A stretch of DNA of 62,893 nucleotides, filler included, from Lentisphaeria bacterium (GCA_041690595.1; 5 parts of 5 records of this genome joined end to end with filler, not necessarily neighbours in it); one strand, 5' to 3'; shown: positions 1 to 10,868, counted from the whole stretch's first letter. A program made the numbers and translations. The notes: generated by a model not told the origin, from the letters alone.

Positions 1-1
1 T

Positions 2-112
2 TTCTACCTTATTCCCATAGGCGGATTCATCTGGGGGATTGTTGAGATGGGCTTTCTACCCGGAAATCAACATAACGATCTGGACGCCAGGTCTGCTCGT
101 GCGTCAGGCTAA
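2..112 (+). CDS. 3' fragment of a DUF805-like membrane protein (partial at contig start)
   Basis: Frame reads FYLIPIGGFIWGIVEMGFLPGNQHND...*, resembling the DUF805 C-terminal 'LIP.IG.IW..VE.GFLPG' motif. Confidence 0.5.
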   Translation, partial: FYLIPIGGFIWGIVEMGFLPGNQHNDLDARSARASG

Positions 113-331
113 TGTGGCCAGCGCTGCCAGGATGCTTTAGAGCTTGAAGGGTATGAGGGGCGGATCCGGAAATTGCAGCTGACGACTTGACTTTTGAGTT
201 ATCTGTGCTATGCTCAATAGAGAGTGCGATGAGTTCTTCCCAGTGGGACCAACCGGAGAACGCTTTGGATTTTGACAGGATGATATACGATGTACAGAGT
301 TGGGGCACGGACCGAGGGATGTGGCGGCAGC

Positions 332-793
332 CGGGGACGCGGGGACGCGGGGACACGGGGACCGACCTTTCGACCGAGGTTTTTGGCGAGATGGACGCGG
401 CGACATGGGGACGCGGGGGACCGACCTTTCGACCGAGGTTTTTGGCGAGATGGACGCGGCGACATGGGGACGCGGGGGACCGACCTTTCGACCGAGGTTT
501 TTGGCGAGATGGACGCGGCGACACGGGGTACACGGGGACCGACCTTTCGACCGAGGTTTTGGCAAGATGGACGCGGCGACACGGGGACCGACCTTTCGAC
601 CGAGGTTTTGGGAAGATGGACCGAGGTTTTGGGAGGGGGCGAGGCGGAAAGAGGCAACTCAGGCGACTGGCGTGCCCAGGATGGGGCCGCGGCTGCGGCC
701 GGGGACGCGGGGACGCGGGGACCGACCTTTCGACCGAGGTTTTTGGGAAGAGGCGAGGCGAAAGAGGCCACTCAGGCGAGTGGCGTGGCCAGG
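332..793 (+). repeat. Tandem ~59-bp repeats plus two REP-like GCCACTC-AGGC-GAGTGGC palindromes
   Basis: Core ACCGACCTTTCGACCGAGGTTTT starts at 361, 420, 479, 538, 587 and 721; palindromes at 654-671 (imperfect) and 767-784. Confidence 0.9.
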
Positions 794-883
794 ATGGGGC
801 CGGGTCTGCGGGTCTTGGCTTGCCGTTGGGGCGGGGTGGAAGTATGCTTATGGAAGCTGGTAACCGCAACGAGGTGAGGGGTT

Positions 884-2746
884 ATGGATGTGACGTTTGA
901 TTGTCCGTACTGCGATCATCGGATCTCTGCCGATACGACGCATCTGCCGAATGGGCGGGTGAATTGCCCTGGGTGTCATGAGGTGGTGCTGGTGCCGGCG
1001 GGGGGAATCGAGCCGGGGATGAAGCTGGGGGATTTCCGGATCGAGCGGTGTCTGGGGGTCGGGGGGATGGGAGAGGTCTTTCTGGCGGTGCAGGAGGCGA
1101 TGGATCGGGAGGTGGCGCTGAAGGTGCTGCCGCCGGCGGTGACGGGGAATAAGGCGCTGGTGGATCGGTTTCTGCAGGAGGCGCGGATGGCGGGGAAGCT
1201 GGAGCATCCGAATATCGTGACGGCGTTTTATGCGGGTCAGGACAAGGGGTATTACTACCTGGCGATGTCGTATGTGGAGGGTGAGGATCTGGAGGCGCGG
1301 ATCAAGCGGGAAGGGCGGGTGCCGGAGGCGGAGGCGGTGGGGATCTGCGTGAAGGTGGCGCGGGCGCTGGATTATGCGTGGGAGAAGTATCGGTTGCTGC
1401 ACCGGGATCTGAAGCCGGCGAATATCATGATCGCGGCGGATGGTGAGGTGAAGCTGATGGATATGGGGATCGCCAAGGCGCTGACGGAGGATTCGAATCT
1501 GACGATGGCGGGGGTGCTGCTGGGGACGCCGTTTTATATGAGTCCGGAGCAGGCGAAGAATGTGGGGGAGCTGGATTGCCGGAGCGATATCTATGCGCTG
1601 GGGGGAACGCTCTTTCATCTGGTGACGGGATCGCGTCCGTATGACGGGCCGACGGCGATTTCGGTGGTGGCGAAGCATCTGAACGATCCGGTACCGTCGG
1701 CGCAGGTGCAGTGTCCGGATGTGAGCCTGGGATGCGCGCGGCTGATCGGGCGGATGATGGCGAAGGATCGGGAGCGGCGCCCGGAGAGCTGGTCGGCGCT
1801 GGCGATGCAGCTGGAGGGGGTGCTGGAGCAGGCGCCGCGGACGCTGCAGTTGAAGGTGACGGAGTCGCAGGAGCGGCGGCTGGAACGGGGGCCTGCCGCG
1901 GAGGCGGAGGTATCGGGGGCGACGCTGGCCCCGCTGGGGGGAACGATGGCGACGGAAGAAGGGACGATGGTGGGTCGGCCGCCGGTGCCGCGGACGGCGC
2001 AGGAGTATGTGGATAGCCTGCCGCCGAATCCGGCGATGCCGCGGAGCCTGAAGCTGGCGTTTGGGTCGATCATGGTCTTGCTGGGGGCGCTGCTTTTTGT
2101 GTGGGTGAGCAAGGAGGGGTATGAGTATGCGCAGCGGCGGGCGGCGGATAAGGCGCAGGTGGTCCAGTCCGAGCATGATCGGCGGATGGAGGAGCAGGAG
2201 GTGGTGAGTGATGTGGAGGCGCGGATCGCGGCGGAGCGTCGGCGGGTGGAGTTGACGCAGGAGGAGCGGATTCTGCAGCAGCGCCTGCAGGAGATGCTGG
2301 AGCATGCGCGGAGCTACAGGCGGGAACATCCGGAGGATCTGGAGGGGGCGCGGGAGATGTTGCTGAAGGTTCGCGAACGGGCGGCGGGGACGAAATTCGA
2401 GTTGATGGTGGAGGATGATCTGCGCGGACTGCGGCAACAGGGAGAACGGCTGCGGCAACGGCAGCTGCTGCTGGCGGGAGCCTGGAAGGTGACGGAGATG
2501 AGCGGGGGTGAGCCGCGGAAGGATACGGCGATGGATCGGCTGCAGTTGCGGCTGAATGGGAGCATGGTGATCACGACGCGGAATGAGGCGACGATCGCGG
2601 GTACGTGGCGGGTGGCGCGGCAGGAGCTGATTCTGAGGCGGGATGACGAAAGCGTGCTGGGGAGCTGGCCGTTTGAGGTGCAGGCGAATGTGCTGACGCT
2701 GCGCCCGCGGGAAGGGATCGAGATCACGCTGCAGCGTGATCGTTGA
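884..2746 (+). CDS. Hanks-type Ser/Thr protein kinase: N-terminal Zn ribbon, kinase, TM, coiled coil, C-terminal beta domain
   Basis: CPYC..CPGC; LGVGGMGEV, VALK, HRDLKPAN, DMG, GTPFYMSPE; hydrophobic span LAFGSIMVLLGALLFVWV. Confidence 0.92.
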   Translation: MDVTFDCPYCDHRISADTTHLPNGRVNCPGCHEVVLVPAGGIEPGMKLGDFRIERCLGVGGMGEVFLAVQEAMDREVALKVLPPAVTGNKALVDRFLQEARMAGKLEHPNIVTAFYAGQDKGYYYLAMSYVEGEDLEARIKREGRVPEAEAVGICVKVARALDYAWEKYRLLHRDLKPANIMIAADGEVKLMDMGIAKALTEDSNLTMAGVLLGTPFYMSPEQAKNVGELDCRSDIYALGGTLFHLVTGSRPYDGPTAISVVAKHLNDPVPSAQVQCPDVSLGCARLIGRMMAKDRERRPESWSALAMQLEGVLEQAPRTLQLKVTESQERRLERGPAAEAEVSGATLAPLGGTMATEEGTMVGRPPVPRTAQEYVDSLPPNPAMPRSLKLAFGSIMVLLGALLFVWVSKEGYEYAQRRAADKAQVVQSEHDRRMEEQEVVSDVEARIAAERRRVELTQEERILQQRLQEMLEHARSYRREHPEDLEGAREMLLKVRERAAGTKFELMVEDDLRGLRQQGERLRQRQLLLAGAWKVTEMSGGEPRKDTAMDRLQLRLNGSMVITTRNEATIAGTWRVARQELILRRDDESVLGSWPFEVQANVLTLRPREGIEITLQRDR

Positions 2747-2774
2747 AGGGCGGCTTAACTTGATGGGAGGGGCG

Positions 2775-4388
2775 ATGGAAGCGGAGTCGAGGAATGGACG
2801 GAGGCTGGTGGCGATTGGGGCGTTGCTGTGGGTATGCTTCTTTCTGCTTTACCTGTTGACGGCGCGGGCGCGGCTATATGCCGGCGACGATATGTTCTAC
2901 CTGAACCTGGCGCGCAACTGGCTGAAGTACGGGACGGTGCAGTTCGGCTTTTCGGCGGAGGAGCTGGCGATCAGCAAGTACAGCCTCGGGCAGGTGCTGC
3001 TGAATCTGCCGATTGCGCCGGCGCTGGACGTGGTTATGAGCGATGGAGCGTCGTGGCGGGCGTTTTTGTTGGCAATGCTGGTCATCGGCGGCTGGCAGGC
3101 GGGGCTGGGGGCTTGCCAGATCGTGCTGATGTGGCGGGTGGCGGTGCTGGCGGGGCTGCGGGAGCGGATCGCGCTGGCGACGGCGCTGCTGTATGGGGTG
3201 GGGACGATGGTGTGGCCGGGGGCGCAGCGGGCATATGCGGATCAGAGCCTGGCGCTGCTGCTGCTGGTGGTCTTCTGGGGAATGCTGCGCTTTGGGAGGT
3301 CGCGGCGGTGGGGGGATCTGCTGATGGCGGGAGGGGCGTCGGGTTTCGCTCTGCTGGTGAAGCCGACGTCGGTGCTGTTTGCGATGGTGCTGACGCTGGC
3401 GGTGGGGGGGATGCTGCTGATGCAGGAGCGGGGGGAGTGGCGGGGGATCTTGCGGCGGCGGCTGGAACTGGCGGCGTGGATTGTGCCGCATCTGCTGGGG
3501 GTAGCGGGGGTGATGGGCTATAATTTCTGGCGGTACGGGGCGCTGCTGGAGTCGGGGTACAACAGCTCGTACGATGCGGCATTTGGTTTCAATACGCCGC
3601 TGCTGACGGGGTTGTTCAGCATGCTGCTGAGTTCGGGGAAGGGGGTGTTGTGGTACAACCCGATTCTGATTCTGGGCTTCTGGGGGATGGGCAGGTGGTG
3701 GCGGAGCTGGCGGCTGGGGTTGCTGGCGATGCTGGGCTGCCTGGGGTCAACGCTGGCTCTGCATGCGCCGTTCTGGGCGTGGCATGGCGACTGGTACTGG
3801 GGGCCGCGCTACCTGATGCCGGTGCTGCCGCTCTGGTTCCTGTCGGTGGGCTTTGCGCTGGAACGGCTGGCGGGACTGGCGGGGGAGTGGCAGCGACGGC
3901 TGGCGGCGGGAATCGTGGCGCTGCTGACGGCGCTCTCGATCGGGGTGCAGCTGATCGGGACTTTCAGCATCAACAACGAGTATTTCCGCTTTACGGCGGA
4001 GGAGCTGGTGCCGCTGATCTTCGCGCAGGAGCAGTGGAAGTCGCCGGCGGGACCGGTGACGAATCCGGCGCTGCTGATGCATTATGTGCCGGACTTTTCG
4101 CCGCTGCGGGTGCAGGCCTGGATGATCCGGGTGATGGCGGCACCGGAGGGGAAATGGCAGGAAGTCTATCGCCGCCCCCCCTGGCGGAACCATACGCCGG
4201 AGTGGATTCCGGAACCGCCTCGGGCGAAGCCGTTCACTTTTCAGCCGTGGTGGCTCTTCACGCTGACGCAGCCGGTTCCGGAGAAGGGGTGGCCGACGGC
4301 GCTGGCGATCGCGCTGGCGATAGGGCTGGCGGTCGGCGGCTGGCAGCTGCGGCGGACGGTGGGCTTGAATCGGGCGGAGAAGGGATAG
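2775..4388 (+). CDS. Multi-pass GT-C (PMT/ArnT, GT39-like) glycosyltransferase
   Basis: About 12 TM helices, N-terminal GDD loop, 'ALLVKP', 'WGPRYLMPVLP'; GGAGG before ATG 2775 (ORF open from 2736). Confidence 0.75.
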   Translation: MEAESRNGRRLVAIGALLWVCFFLLYLLTARARLYAGDDMFYLNLARNWLKYGTVQFGFSAEELAISKYSLGQVLLNLPIAPALDVVMSDGASWRAFLLAMLVIGGWQAGLGACQIVLMWRVAVLAGLRERIALATALLYGVGTMVWPGAQRAYADQSLALLLLVVFWGMLRFGRSRRWGDLLMAGGASGFALLVKPTSVLFAMVLTLAVGGMLLMQERGEWRGILRRRLELAAWIVPHLLGVAGVMGYNFWRYGALLESGYNSSYDAAFGFNTPLLTGLFSMLLSSGKGVLWYNPILILGFWGMGRWWRSWRLGLLAMLGCLGSTLALHAPFWAWHGDWYWGPRYLMPVLPLWFLSVGFALERLAGLAGEWQRRLAAGIVALLTALSIGVQLIGTFSINNEYFRFTAEELVPLIFAQEQWKSPAGPVTNPALLMHYVPDFSPLRVQAWMIRVMAAPEGKWQEVYRRPPWRNHTPEWIPEPPRAKPFTFQPWWLFTLTQPVPEKGWPTALAIALAIGLAVGGWQLRRTVGLNRAEKG

Positions 4389-4394
4389 TTCAGT

Positions 4395-5303
4395 ATGGTT
4401 ATGCTGAAAGAACGACAGCTTGGCTCGACAACGTTGCGACCTTCGGCGCTCTCCATGGGGTGCGCGTGGATCGGCAGCGTGTCGGACAGTGACCGGGAAG
4501 CGATCGATGCGGTGACGAGCGCCTTCGACCTGGGGATCACTTATTTCGATACGGATCCATCGTATATGGATGGGAAGGGGGAAGAGCGGCTGGGGAGCGC
4601 GCTGCAACGCCTGCCTCGAGAGAAGATCCTGGTCTCGACGAAGGTGGGGACGCGGCCGGGGATGGCGCAGGATTTCTCGGAGAAGGCGGTACGGGAGAGC
4701 CTTCGCCGGAGCCGTCGGAGCCTGGGGATCGAGTATCTGGATCTGGTGCTGATCCACGATCCGGAGGAGATCGAGCCGGTGCTGGTGCCGGGAGCGGCGC
4801 TGGATGTGCTGGTGGCGATGCGGGAGGCGGGGGAGATCGGGGCGGTGGGGATCGGCTGCCGGGAGCACACCTACCATCAGGCTGCCATCGCGACGGGAAA
4901 GGTGGATGTGGTATTGAGCTTTCGGGACTACACGCTGCTCGATCAGTCGGCGGCGGTCGACACGATACCTCTGGCGCAGCAGCATCGGATCGGAATCATC
5001 CTGGCGAGTGTACTGGATATGGGCACCCTGACGGGGGAAGAGCCGGAGACGGGCAGCCGCGTGCACGCTATGTGGAATTGGTGCCGGGAGCGTGGCTACA
5101 GCATTCGGGATCTGGCGATTCAGTTCGCGCTGGCGCTGCCGATGGATGGCTGCATCCTGGTGGGGCCGGCCACGAAGGAGCAGGTGCTGGAGGTAGTGCG
5201 CTCGGCGGAGCGGGAGATACCCTCGGAGGTGTGGCAGGCGTTCCATGCGGCTTTCGGCCTCAGCCCCGGGGCACCCGCGGGTACGGAGCAGAGCGACTTT
5301 TGA
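4395..5303 (+). CDS. Aldo/keto reductase
   Basis: 'GITYFDTDPSY', 'STKVG', 'YLDLVLIHDP'. Confidence 0.9.
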   Translation: MVMLKERQLGSTTLRPSALSMGCAWIGSVSDSDREAIDAVTSAFDLGITYFDTDPSYMDGKGEERLGSALQRLPREKILVSTKVGTRPGMAQDFSEKAVRESLRRSRRSLGIEYLDLVLIHDPEEIEPVLVPGAALDVLVAMREAGEIGAVGIGCREHTYHQAAIATGKVDVVLSFRDYTLLDQSAAVDTIPLAQQHRIGIILASVLDMGTLTGEEPETGSRVHAMWNWCRERGYSIRDLAIQFALALPMDGCILVGPATKEQVLEVVRSAEREIPSEVWQAFHAAFGLSPGAPAGTEQSDF

Positions 5304-5455
5304 ACTTGTGGCAACTTAGTTGTAAATCCCCGCGGGACCGCTCCTATTATAAGGAGAGGGCATGTGGTCCGCGACCTTGTGCAACCGGCAGCGGTATCGC
5401 GTGTCTCAATGAGCGTGACGGTGACGCCGCCAAATCCTTTTTTATGAGGTTCGTC

Positions 5456-6982
5456 ATGTACAGATCCGTTTTCGTGCTCTTCACCATGCTGTTGACGGCG
5501 ACACTGGTCACCGCCGGCTTGCTCGACGAGATGGGCATCGACAGCACCGCGAGTCAGAAGGTCAAGGAGCAGGAGTTCGCGCCGAAGCCGAAGATGGCGC
5601 CTCCCGCCCAGCACAGCGGCGCGGAGTCGATTCCACCGCTGCCACTGCCGGCGGTTCCGCTCCGCCGCACGGAGAAGAAGAATCCGCCGCGGCCGCCGGT
5701 GCTGATGGCCAAGCTCGCCAACAATGACCGCACCGACTGGGCGACGAGCCCCGAAGACGCGGACAACCTGCTCAAGTTCATGGCCAAGGAGCTGAATGTC
5801 AATTTCAGCACGATCAACCTGCCGGAGAGCCAGATTCCGGCGAATGCCAGCGAGATTCCGGTCCTGTACCGGAGCGGGATCAAGCCGTTGAACTGGACGC
5901 CCCAGATCCGGGAACGGCTGCGGAGCTACCTGCTCAGCGGGGGGACGCTGATTCTCAATGCCTATTGCGGGCATCCGGACTTTGCACGATCGGCGATGGA
6001 GGAGATCCAGAACCTCCTGCCGGAACGGACCCCCTACCGCCTCTCGGAAGATCACCCGCTTTATCACTGTTACTACGACATCGACAAGATCCGCTACCGG
6101 CCGCTGGCCCTGGAGGCTGGAGCCAGGCACGATGTGCCCTCGGCGATCGGTATCGACATCAACACGCGGACGGCTGTCTTCTTCTTCCGCTACGACCTGG
6201 CCTCGGCGTGGGACAACATCCCGGACAACATCCGCCACTGCATCGGGTACGACCTCGGCACCAGCAAACAATTGGGTTCGAACCTGATGGCGTATGTGAC
6301 GGCGGAGCGCAATACGGCCACGTCGCTGGCGCAGGCGATGGAGTTCGTCGACGCGGGGAAGGAAAAGTCGGGCAAGTTCATGATCGCGCAGGCGCGCTAC
6401 CATGGCCTCTGGAAAACGCGCGACAATGGGCTGAGCATGCTGCTCAACGTCTTCCATGAGAAGACCTCGACGCCGGTCCGCTTCGAGAGCCGGGATGTCG
6501 ATCTGGATTCGCCGGAGTTGTTCGAGGTGCCCTTTGTGTACCTGACGGGGCAGATGGATTTTCAGTTCACGGAGAAGGAGCGGCAGGGGTTGCGCAGCTA
6601 CCTGGCGCGGGGCGGCATTCTGATGGCGGAGGCCACCTGCGGGCGCCCCTCCTTCGACATCGCCTTCCGCCGGGAGATGAAGGCCATCCTTCCGGAGGCG
6701 CCGCTGGAGCGGCTGCCCGCGGAGCATCTGGTCTTCCGCTTCCCCAACAACATCCAGGCCGTGACGCCGCGGCCGGCGCTCGCGATGCAACTGAAGGCGA
6801 ACGGGCAGATCCCGCCCTTCCTCTATGGGGCCACGATCGACGGGCATCTGGCCGTCATCTACTCGCCCTTCGATCTGAGCGGCGGCTGGAGCCTCGCGCA
6901 AGGGCCGTACAATCAGGGGATCGCCGCCAACGATTCGCTGGCCATGGGCGTCAACATGCTCACTTACGTGCTGACGCAATAA
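5456..6982 (+). CDS. Exported protein with two DUF4159 domains
   Basis: Signal peptide; two copies of 'LRSYL..GG.L' / 'L..DHPLY' and terminal 'GVNMLTY'; GAGGT RBS. Confidence 0.8.
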   Translation: MYRSVFVLFTMLLTATLVTAGLLDEMGIDSTASQKVKEQEFAPKPKMAPPAQHSGAESIPPLPLPAVPLRRTEKKNPPRPPVLMAKLANNDRTDWATSPEDADNLLKFMAKELNVNFSTINLPESQIPANASEIPVLYRSGIKPLNWTPQIRERLRSYLLSGGTLILNAYCGHPDFARSAMEEIQNLLPERTPYRLSEDHPLYHCYYDIDKIRYRPLALEAGARHDVPSAIGIDINTRTAVFFFRYDLASAWDNIPDNIRHCIGYDLGTSKQLGSNLMAYVTAERNTATSLAQAMEFVDAGKEKSGKFMIAQARYHGLWKTRDNGLSMLLNVFHEKTSTPVRFESRDVDLDSPELFEVPFVYLTGQMDFQFTEKERQGLRSYLARGGILMAEATCGRPSFDIAFRREMKAILPEAPLERLPAEHLVFRFPNNIQAVTPRPALAMQLKANGQIPPFLYGATIDGHLAVIYSPFDLSGGWSLAQGPYNQGIAANDSLAMGVNMLTYVLTQ

Positions 6983-7192
6983 GCTGTTCCCGCACTGAAT
7001 GTTGGGAACGGATAGGTATTTGACGATGGGCGCGATGGCACCCTTCGCCAGAACGGCTACATTTGGCATCGTGTTGCACTCTGTCTCCTTTCGAGAGATG
7101 CCGGATGCCTGCAACCGCGACGGGTGACGACGACTTCGGGTTGGCCCGCCGCACCACCTTCAAAGATCTCATCCGCGAAAAGGAAAAGCCGC

Positions 7193-8203
7193 ATGGACGT
7201 CAAGAATTTCATCATCGTTGGCGAAAACATTCACTGTACGCGTATCGTGAAGCGGGGCGGCATCAAGATGACGACGCTTGGCGATGGCACCGAGGGTGTC
7301 CTCTTCGAGCGCAACGGGAGCGAAGCGGTTCTGCCGGTGCCGGCCGGTTTCGGCGAGTTCTCGCCGGCGTATGAAAAAGGCAAGTGCAAGCACGTCCAGC
7401 TGGCGATCTACCAGATGCTTAACGGCAACGCGGAAGCGCGGCAGCTCGGGCAGGATTACCTCTGCTATGTCGCCGAACGACAGATCGAGAACGGCGCCAC
7501 CTTCCTCGACGTCAACGTCGATGAATACACCTCCGACTCCAACAGCAACAACGCGGTCATGGAGTTCGTCGTCAAGTTCCTGAGTGAACGGTACGACGTG
7601 GCGCTCAGCATCGATTCGTCGCATCCCGAGACGCTGGCCGCGGGACTGAGCCATTGCCGTACCGACATACGTCCGCCAATGGTCAACTCGGTCAGCCTGG
7701 AGCGGGTGGACTCGATCGACGTGGTGAAGCAGTTCCATGCGGACGCCATTGTGAGCGCGGCCGGCGAACACGATCTGCCGAAGGACGATGAGGGGCGCAT
7801 GGCGAATTTCCGCCGGATCATGGCACGACTGGAGCAGGTTGGCATTGCCCGCGAGAAGCTGCATCTGGATCCCCTCGTTCTTGGGGTGGGCACCGGCGAT
7901 CACCTGCAGGGCAAGTACTTCCTCTCGGCCACGACTCGGGCCAAGAAAGAGTTCGAGGGCGTGCACCTGAACGGCGGCCTCAGCAATGTCTCGTTCGGTC
8001 TGCCCAACCGCAAGCTTCTCAACATGGTCTTCGTTCGCCTCTGCATGGAAGCGGGCACCGACGGCGGCATCATCGACCCGGCCAGCATCTCGCTGGCTGA
8101 AGTCGCCGCCATGGACACCGAGGCGCCCGATTACCAACTGGCCAGGGCTGCCCTTACGGGCGACGACGAGTACTGCATGCAGTACGTCATGGCAATGAAA
8201 TAA
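7193..8203 (+). CDS. Pterin-binding methyltransferase (AcsE / MetH folate-domain-like)
   Basis: 'IIVGENIH', '[10 protein letters not shown]', 'LSIDS', 'MVNSVS', 'LDPLV', '[16 protein letters not shown]'. Confidence 0.85.
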   Translation: MDVKNFIIVGENIHCTRIVKRGGIKMTTLGDGTEGVLFERNGSEAVLPVPAGFGEFSPAYEKGKCKHVQLAIYQMLNGNAEARQLGQDYLCYVAERQIENGATFLDVNVDEYTSDSNSNNAVMEFVVKFLSERYDVALSIDSSHPETLAAGLSHCRTDIRPPMVNSVSLERVDSIDVVKQFHADAIVSAAGEHDLPKDDEGRMANFRRIMARLEQVGIAREKLHLDPLVLGVGTGDHLQGKYFLSATTRAKKEFEGVHLNGGLSNVSFGLPNRKLLNMVFVRLCMEAGTDGGIIDPASISLAEVAAMDTEAPDYQLARAALTGDDEYCMQYVMAMK

Positions 8204-8229
8204 CTACCCGGCTGCAAAGGAAGACCATC

Positions 8230-10005
8230 ATGGCTGCACTCACTCTCGACCCGACCCAACTCAAAGACTGGCAAATCGCCGAAGCTGCCGAAAACCACAT
8301 GCGCTCCATGGCCGCTCTCGCCGAGGAACTCGGCCTGCAGGGCGATGAACTCATTCCCTGTGGACGCAATCTGGCGAAGGTCGACTACCGGCAGGTACTG
8401 GATCGCCTCGGCCCCAACAGCCCCGCCGGCAAGTACATCGACGTCACCGCCATTACGCCGACGCCGCTCGGCGAGGGCAAGACAACGACCTCCATCGGGC
8501 TGATCCAGGGGCTGGGCAAGCTTGGCAAGCGCGTGGTCGGTGCGATCCGCCAGCCCAGCGGCGGCCCGACCTTCAACATCAAGGGATCGGCGGCCGGCGG
8601 CGGATTGGCGCAAGTCATCCCTCTCGCCCCCCTGTCGCTGGGGCTGACTGGTGACATCGACGCCATCAACAACGCCCACAACCTCTGCATGGTCGCCCTC
8701 ACCGCGCGCATGCAGCACGAAGGCAACTACGACGATGCCCGTCTGGCGAAGATTGGCCTGCCTCGACTGGACATCGACCCAGCGCGCGTAGAGATGAAGT
8801 GGGTCATCGACTTCTGCGCCCAGTCGCTGCGCAACATCATCATCGGTCGCGGCGGCAAGATGGACGGCTTCGAGATGGAATCGGGCTTTGCCATCACGGT
8901 CTCCAGCGAGTTGATGGCGATCCTCGCGGTTGCCCGCGACCTGCGCGATTTGCGCGAGCGCATCGCCAGGATGGTGGTGGCTTACAGCCGGAAGGGCGAG
9001 CCAGTCACGGCCGCCGACCTCGAGGTTGACGGAGCGATGACAGCCTGGATGATCAACACGCTCAATCCCAACCTGATGCAGACGATCGAAGGGCAGCCCG
9101 TCTTTGTCCATGCCGGCCCCTTTGCCAACATCGCCATCGGCCAGAGTTCGGTGATTGCCGACCGCATCGGCACCCGTCTCAGCGACTATCACGTTACCGA
9201 AAGCGGCTTTGGCGCGGATATCGGCTACGAGAAGTTCTGGAACCTCAAGTGCCGCTATTCCGGCTTGCAGCCCAGCGCAGTCGTCATTGTGGCCACGATC
9301 CGGGCGCTCAAGATGCATGGCGGCGGTCCCGCCGTAAAGCCCGGCATCGACCTGGATGCCGCCTATACGTCGGAGAACCTCGGGCTGGTTGCGGAAGGCT
9401 GCGAGAACCTCATCGCCCACATCGAGACGGTCAGGAAGAGCGGCGTCCGCCCAGTTGTCTGCGTCAATGGCTTCTATACCGACACCAAGGCCGAGATCGA
9501 TCTGGTGCGGCGGGTTGCCGAAGAGCATGGCGCTCTGGCTGCCTACTCGCAGCACTGGCTGAAAGGCGGAGAAGGCGCACGTGAACTCGCGGAAGTGGTC
9601 ATCGCCGCTGCCGAAGCGAAGAACGACTTCAACTTCCTCTATGACCTGAAGATGCCGCTGCGCGAGCGCATCTCCATCATCGCCCGCGACGTCTATGGCG
9701 CCGACGGCGTCACCTACGAAGCCAAGGCGCTCGACAAGGTCAAGGCCTGCGAGAAGGATCCAGAGACCGCCAAGCTTGGCACCTGCATGGTCAAGACCCA
9801 TCTCAGCCTCTCGCACGACCCCGACCTGAAGGGTCGTCCCAAGGGATGGACACTGCCCATCAACGACGTCCTCGTCTACAAGGGGGCGGGCTTCGTGGTC
9901 CCGGTCGCCGGCACGATCAAGCTCATGCCCGGCACCGGCTCGAATCCGGCCTTCCGCCGCGTCGACGTCGATGTCGACACGGGCAAAGTACGCGGCCTCT
10001 TCTGA
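8230..10005 (+). CDS. fhs: Formate--tetrahydrofolate ligase
   Basis: '[15 protein letters not shown]', '[20 protein letters not shown]', 'HAGPFANIA', '[13 protein letters not shown]'. Confidence 0.97.
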   Translation: MAALTLDPTQLKDWQIAEAAENHMRSMAALAEELGLQGDELIPCGRNLAKVDYRQVLDRLGPNSPAGKYIDVTAITPTPLGEGKTTTSIGLIQGLGKLGKRVVGAIRQPSGGPTFNIKGSAAGGGLAQVIPLAPLSLGLTGDIDAINNAHNLCMVALTARMQHEGNYDDARLAKIGLPRLDIDPARVEMKWVIDFCAQSLRNIIIGRGGKMDGFEMESGFAITVSSELMAILAVARDLRDLRERIARMVVAYSRKGEPVTAADLEVDGAMTAWMINTLNPNLMQTIEGQPVFVHAGPFANIAIGQSSVIADRIGTRLSDYHVTESGFGADIGYEKFWNLKCRYSGLQPSAVVIVATIRALKMHGGGPAVKPGIDLDAAYTSENLGLVAEGCENLIAHIETVRKSGVRPVVCVNGFYTDTKAEIDLVRRVAEEHGALAAYSQHWLKGGEGARELAEVVIAAAEAKNDFNFLYDLKMPLRERISIIARDVYGADGVTYEAKALDKVKACEKDPETAKLGTCMVKTHLSLSHDPDLKGRPKGWTLPINDVLVYKGAGFVVPVAGTIKLMPGTGSNPAFRRVDVDVDTGKVRGLF

Positions 10006-10058
10006 CCCTCGCGGAACCTCTTCCTCACCGGACGGGCAAGTCACCGTCCGGTGAGGCT

Positions 10059-10868
10059 CTATCGGGCAGCCAGCCGGAGAAGCTCCTGGCCGGAGTCACC
10101 GCGCTGCATGTGGGCATCCGGCAAGGCAAAACCATTCATGAAGACCCGTCGCCAGTGGCGCGACGTGTTCGGTTTACTGCCATGCAGGGTGTACGGCCCA
10201 TAGGCGATCGCGTCCCCGGCCGCCAGCATCGGCGCCACCGCTTTCGCCAGTTCCGTCTTCGCGGCCAGCACCCGATCGCGATTCTCCTCGGTCAACCCAA
10301 GGTCTCCGAGCCGATGGCTTCCTGGAATCAGCTCCAAAGGTCCATTCCGCGCCGTCACGTCATCGAGCATCAAGGCGATTCGGACGAAGCTGCCGCGCCC
10401 ATTGACATCGCGGAAGCCGCCGCTCCCTGTGCCCAGATGTGCCACTCCCTGATGCCAGTGGAAGGCGGTTTCCTCCCGCGGCGACCTGTAATCCGCCTGA
10501 TTGACCAGCCGGATCATCTCCGAAGAGCCAAGCAGCTCGGCTGCCAGCGCCAGCAGGCGGGGATCGCGCCCGAAGCTGTCCAGCGCCGGGGCGATCTTCC
10601 CGCACCCAGCCACGTGGCGGATGTAGTAGCAGCCCCCATCGAGAGAGCGCCGATAGGTGAACCGCGCCCGATGATCCTCCACGCTGAAGACCGTGCCGGG
10701 CGCTGGGACCTCATGCGCCGCCACATACTGCTCCAGCACCTCCTCCGCGACCTCATGCAATCCATCGAAGGCCGATTGCAGTTCCTCCACCTCGACACTG
10801 TCGAAGAGCTGAGTCACGATCACATATCCGTTCTCGCCATACCTCTCGACGATATCCAGAGTCTTCAT
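10059..10868 (-). CDS. PhyH-family Fe(II)/2-oxoglutarate oxygenase with HxG motif (possible halogenase)
   Basis: 'WHQG', 'IALMLDDVTARNGPLELIPGSH', 'LHGSKPN..RHWRR'. Confidence 0.85.
   Translation of the reverse strand: MKTLDIVERYGENGYVIVTQLFDSVEVEELQSAFDGLHEVAEEVLEQYVAAHEVPAPGTVFSVEDHRARFTYRRSLDGGCYYIRHVAGCGKIAPALDSFGRDPRLLALAAELLGSSEMIRLVNQADYRSPREETAFHWHQGVAHLGTGSGGFRDVNGRGSFVRIALMLDDVTARNGPLELIPGSHRLGDLGLTEENRDRVLAAKTELAKAVAPMLAAGDAIAYGPYTLHGSKPNTSRHWRRVFMNGFALPDAHMQRGDSGQELLRLAAR

Noticed and set aside
361..750. CRISPR array
   Set aside because: The intervening sequences are near-identical to each other, so this is a tandem repeat; no cas genes are present
27..900. Long ORFs in several frames over the repeat region
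   Set aside because: They arise from a stop-free GC-rich repeat with a 59-bp period (not a multiple of 3); no protein features
6983..7192. ZTP or THF riboswitch upstream of the methyltransferase-fhs operon
   Set aside because: The context fits, but I could not find the conserved motifs; an Infernal search would settle it
848..10044. Long antisense ORFs (e.g. 848-2458, 5120-7114, 8131-10044)
   Set aside because: Shadow ORFs of high-GC genes on the opposite strand, with no motifs of their own
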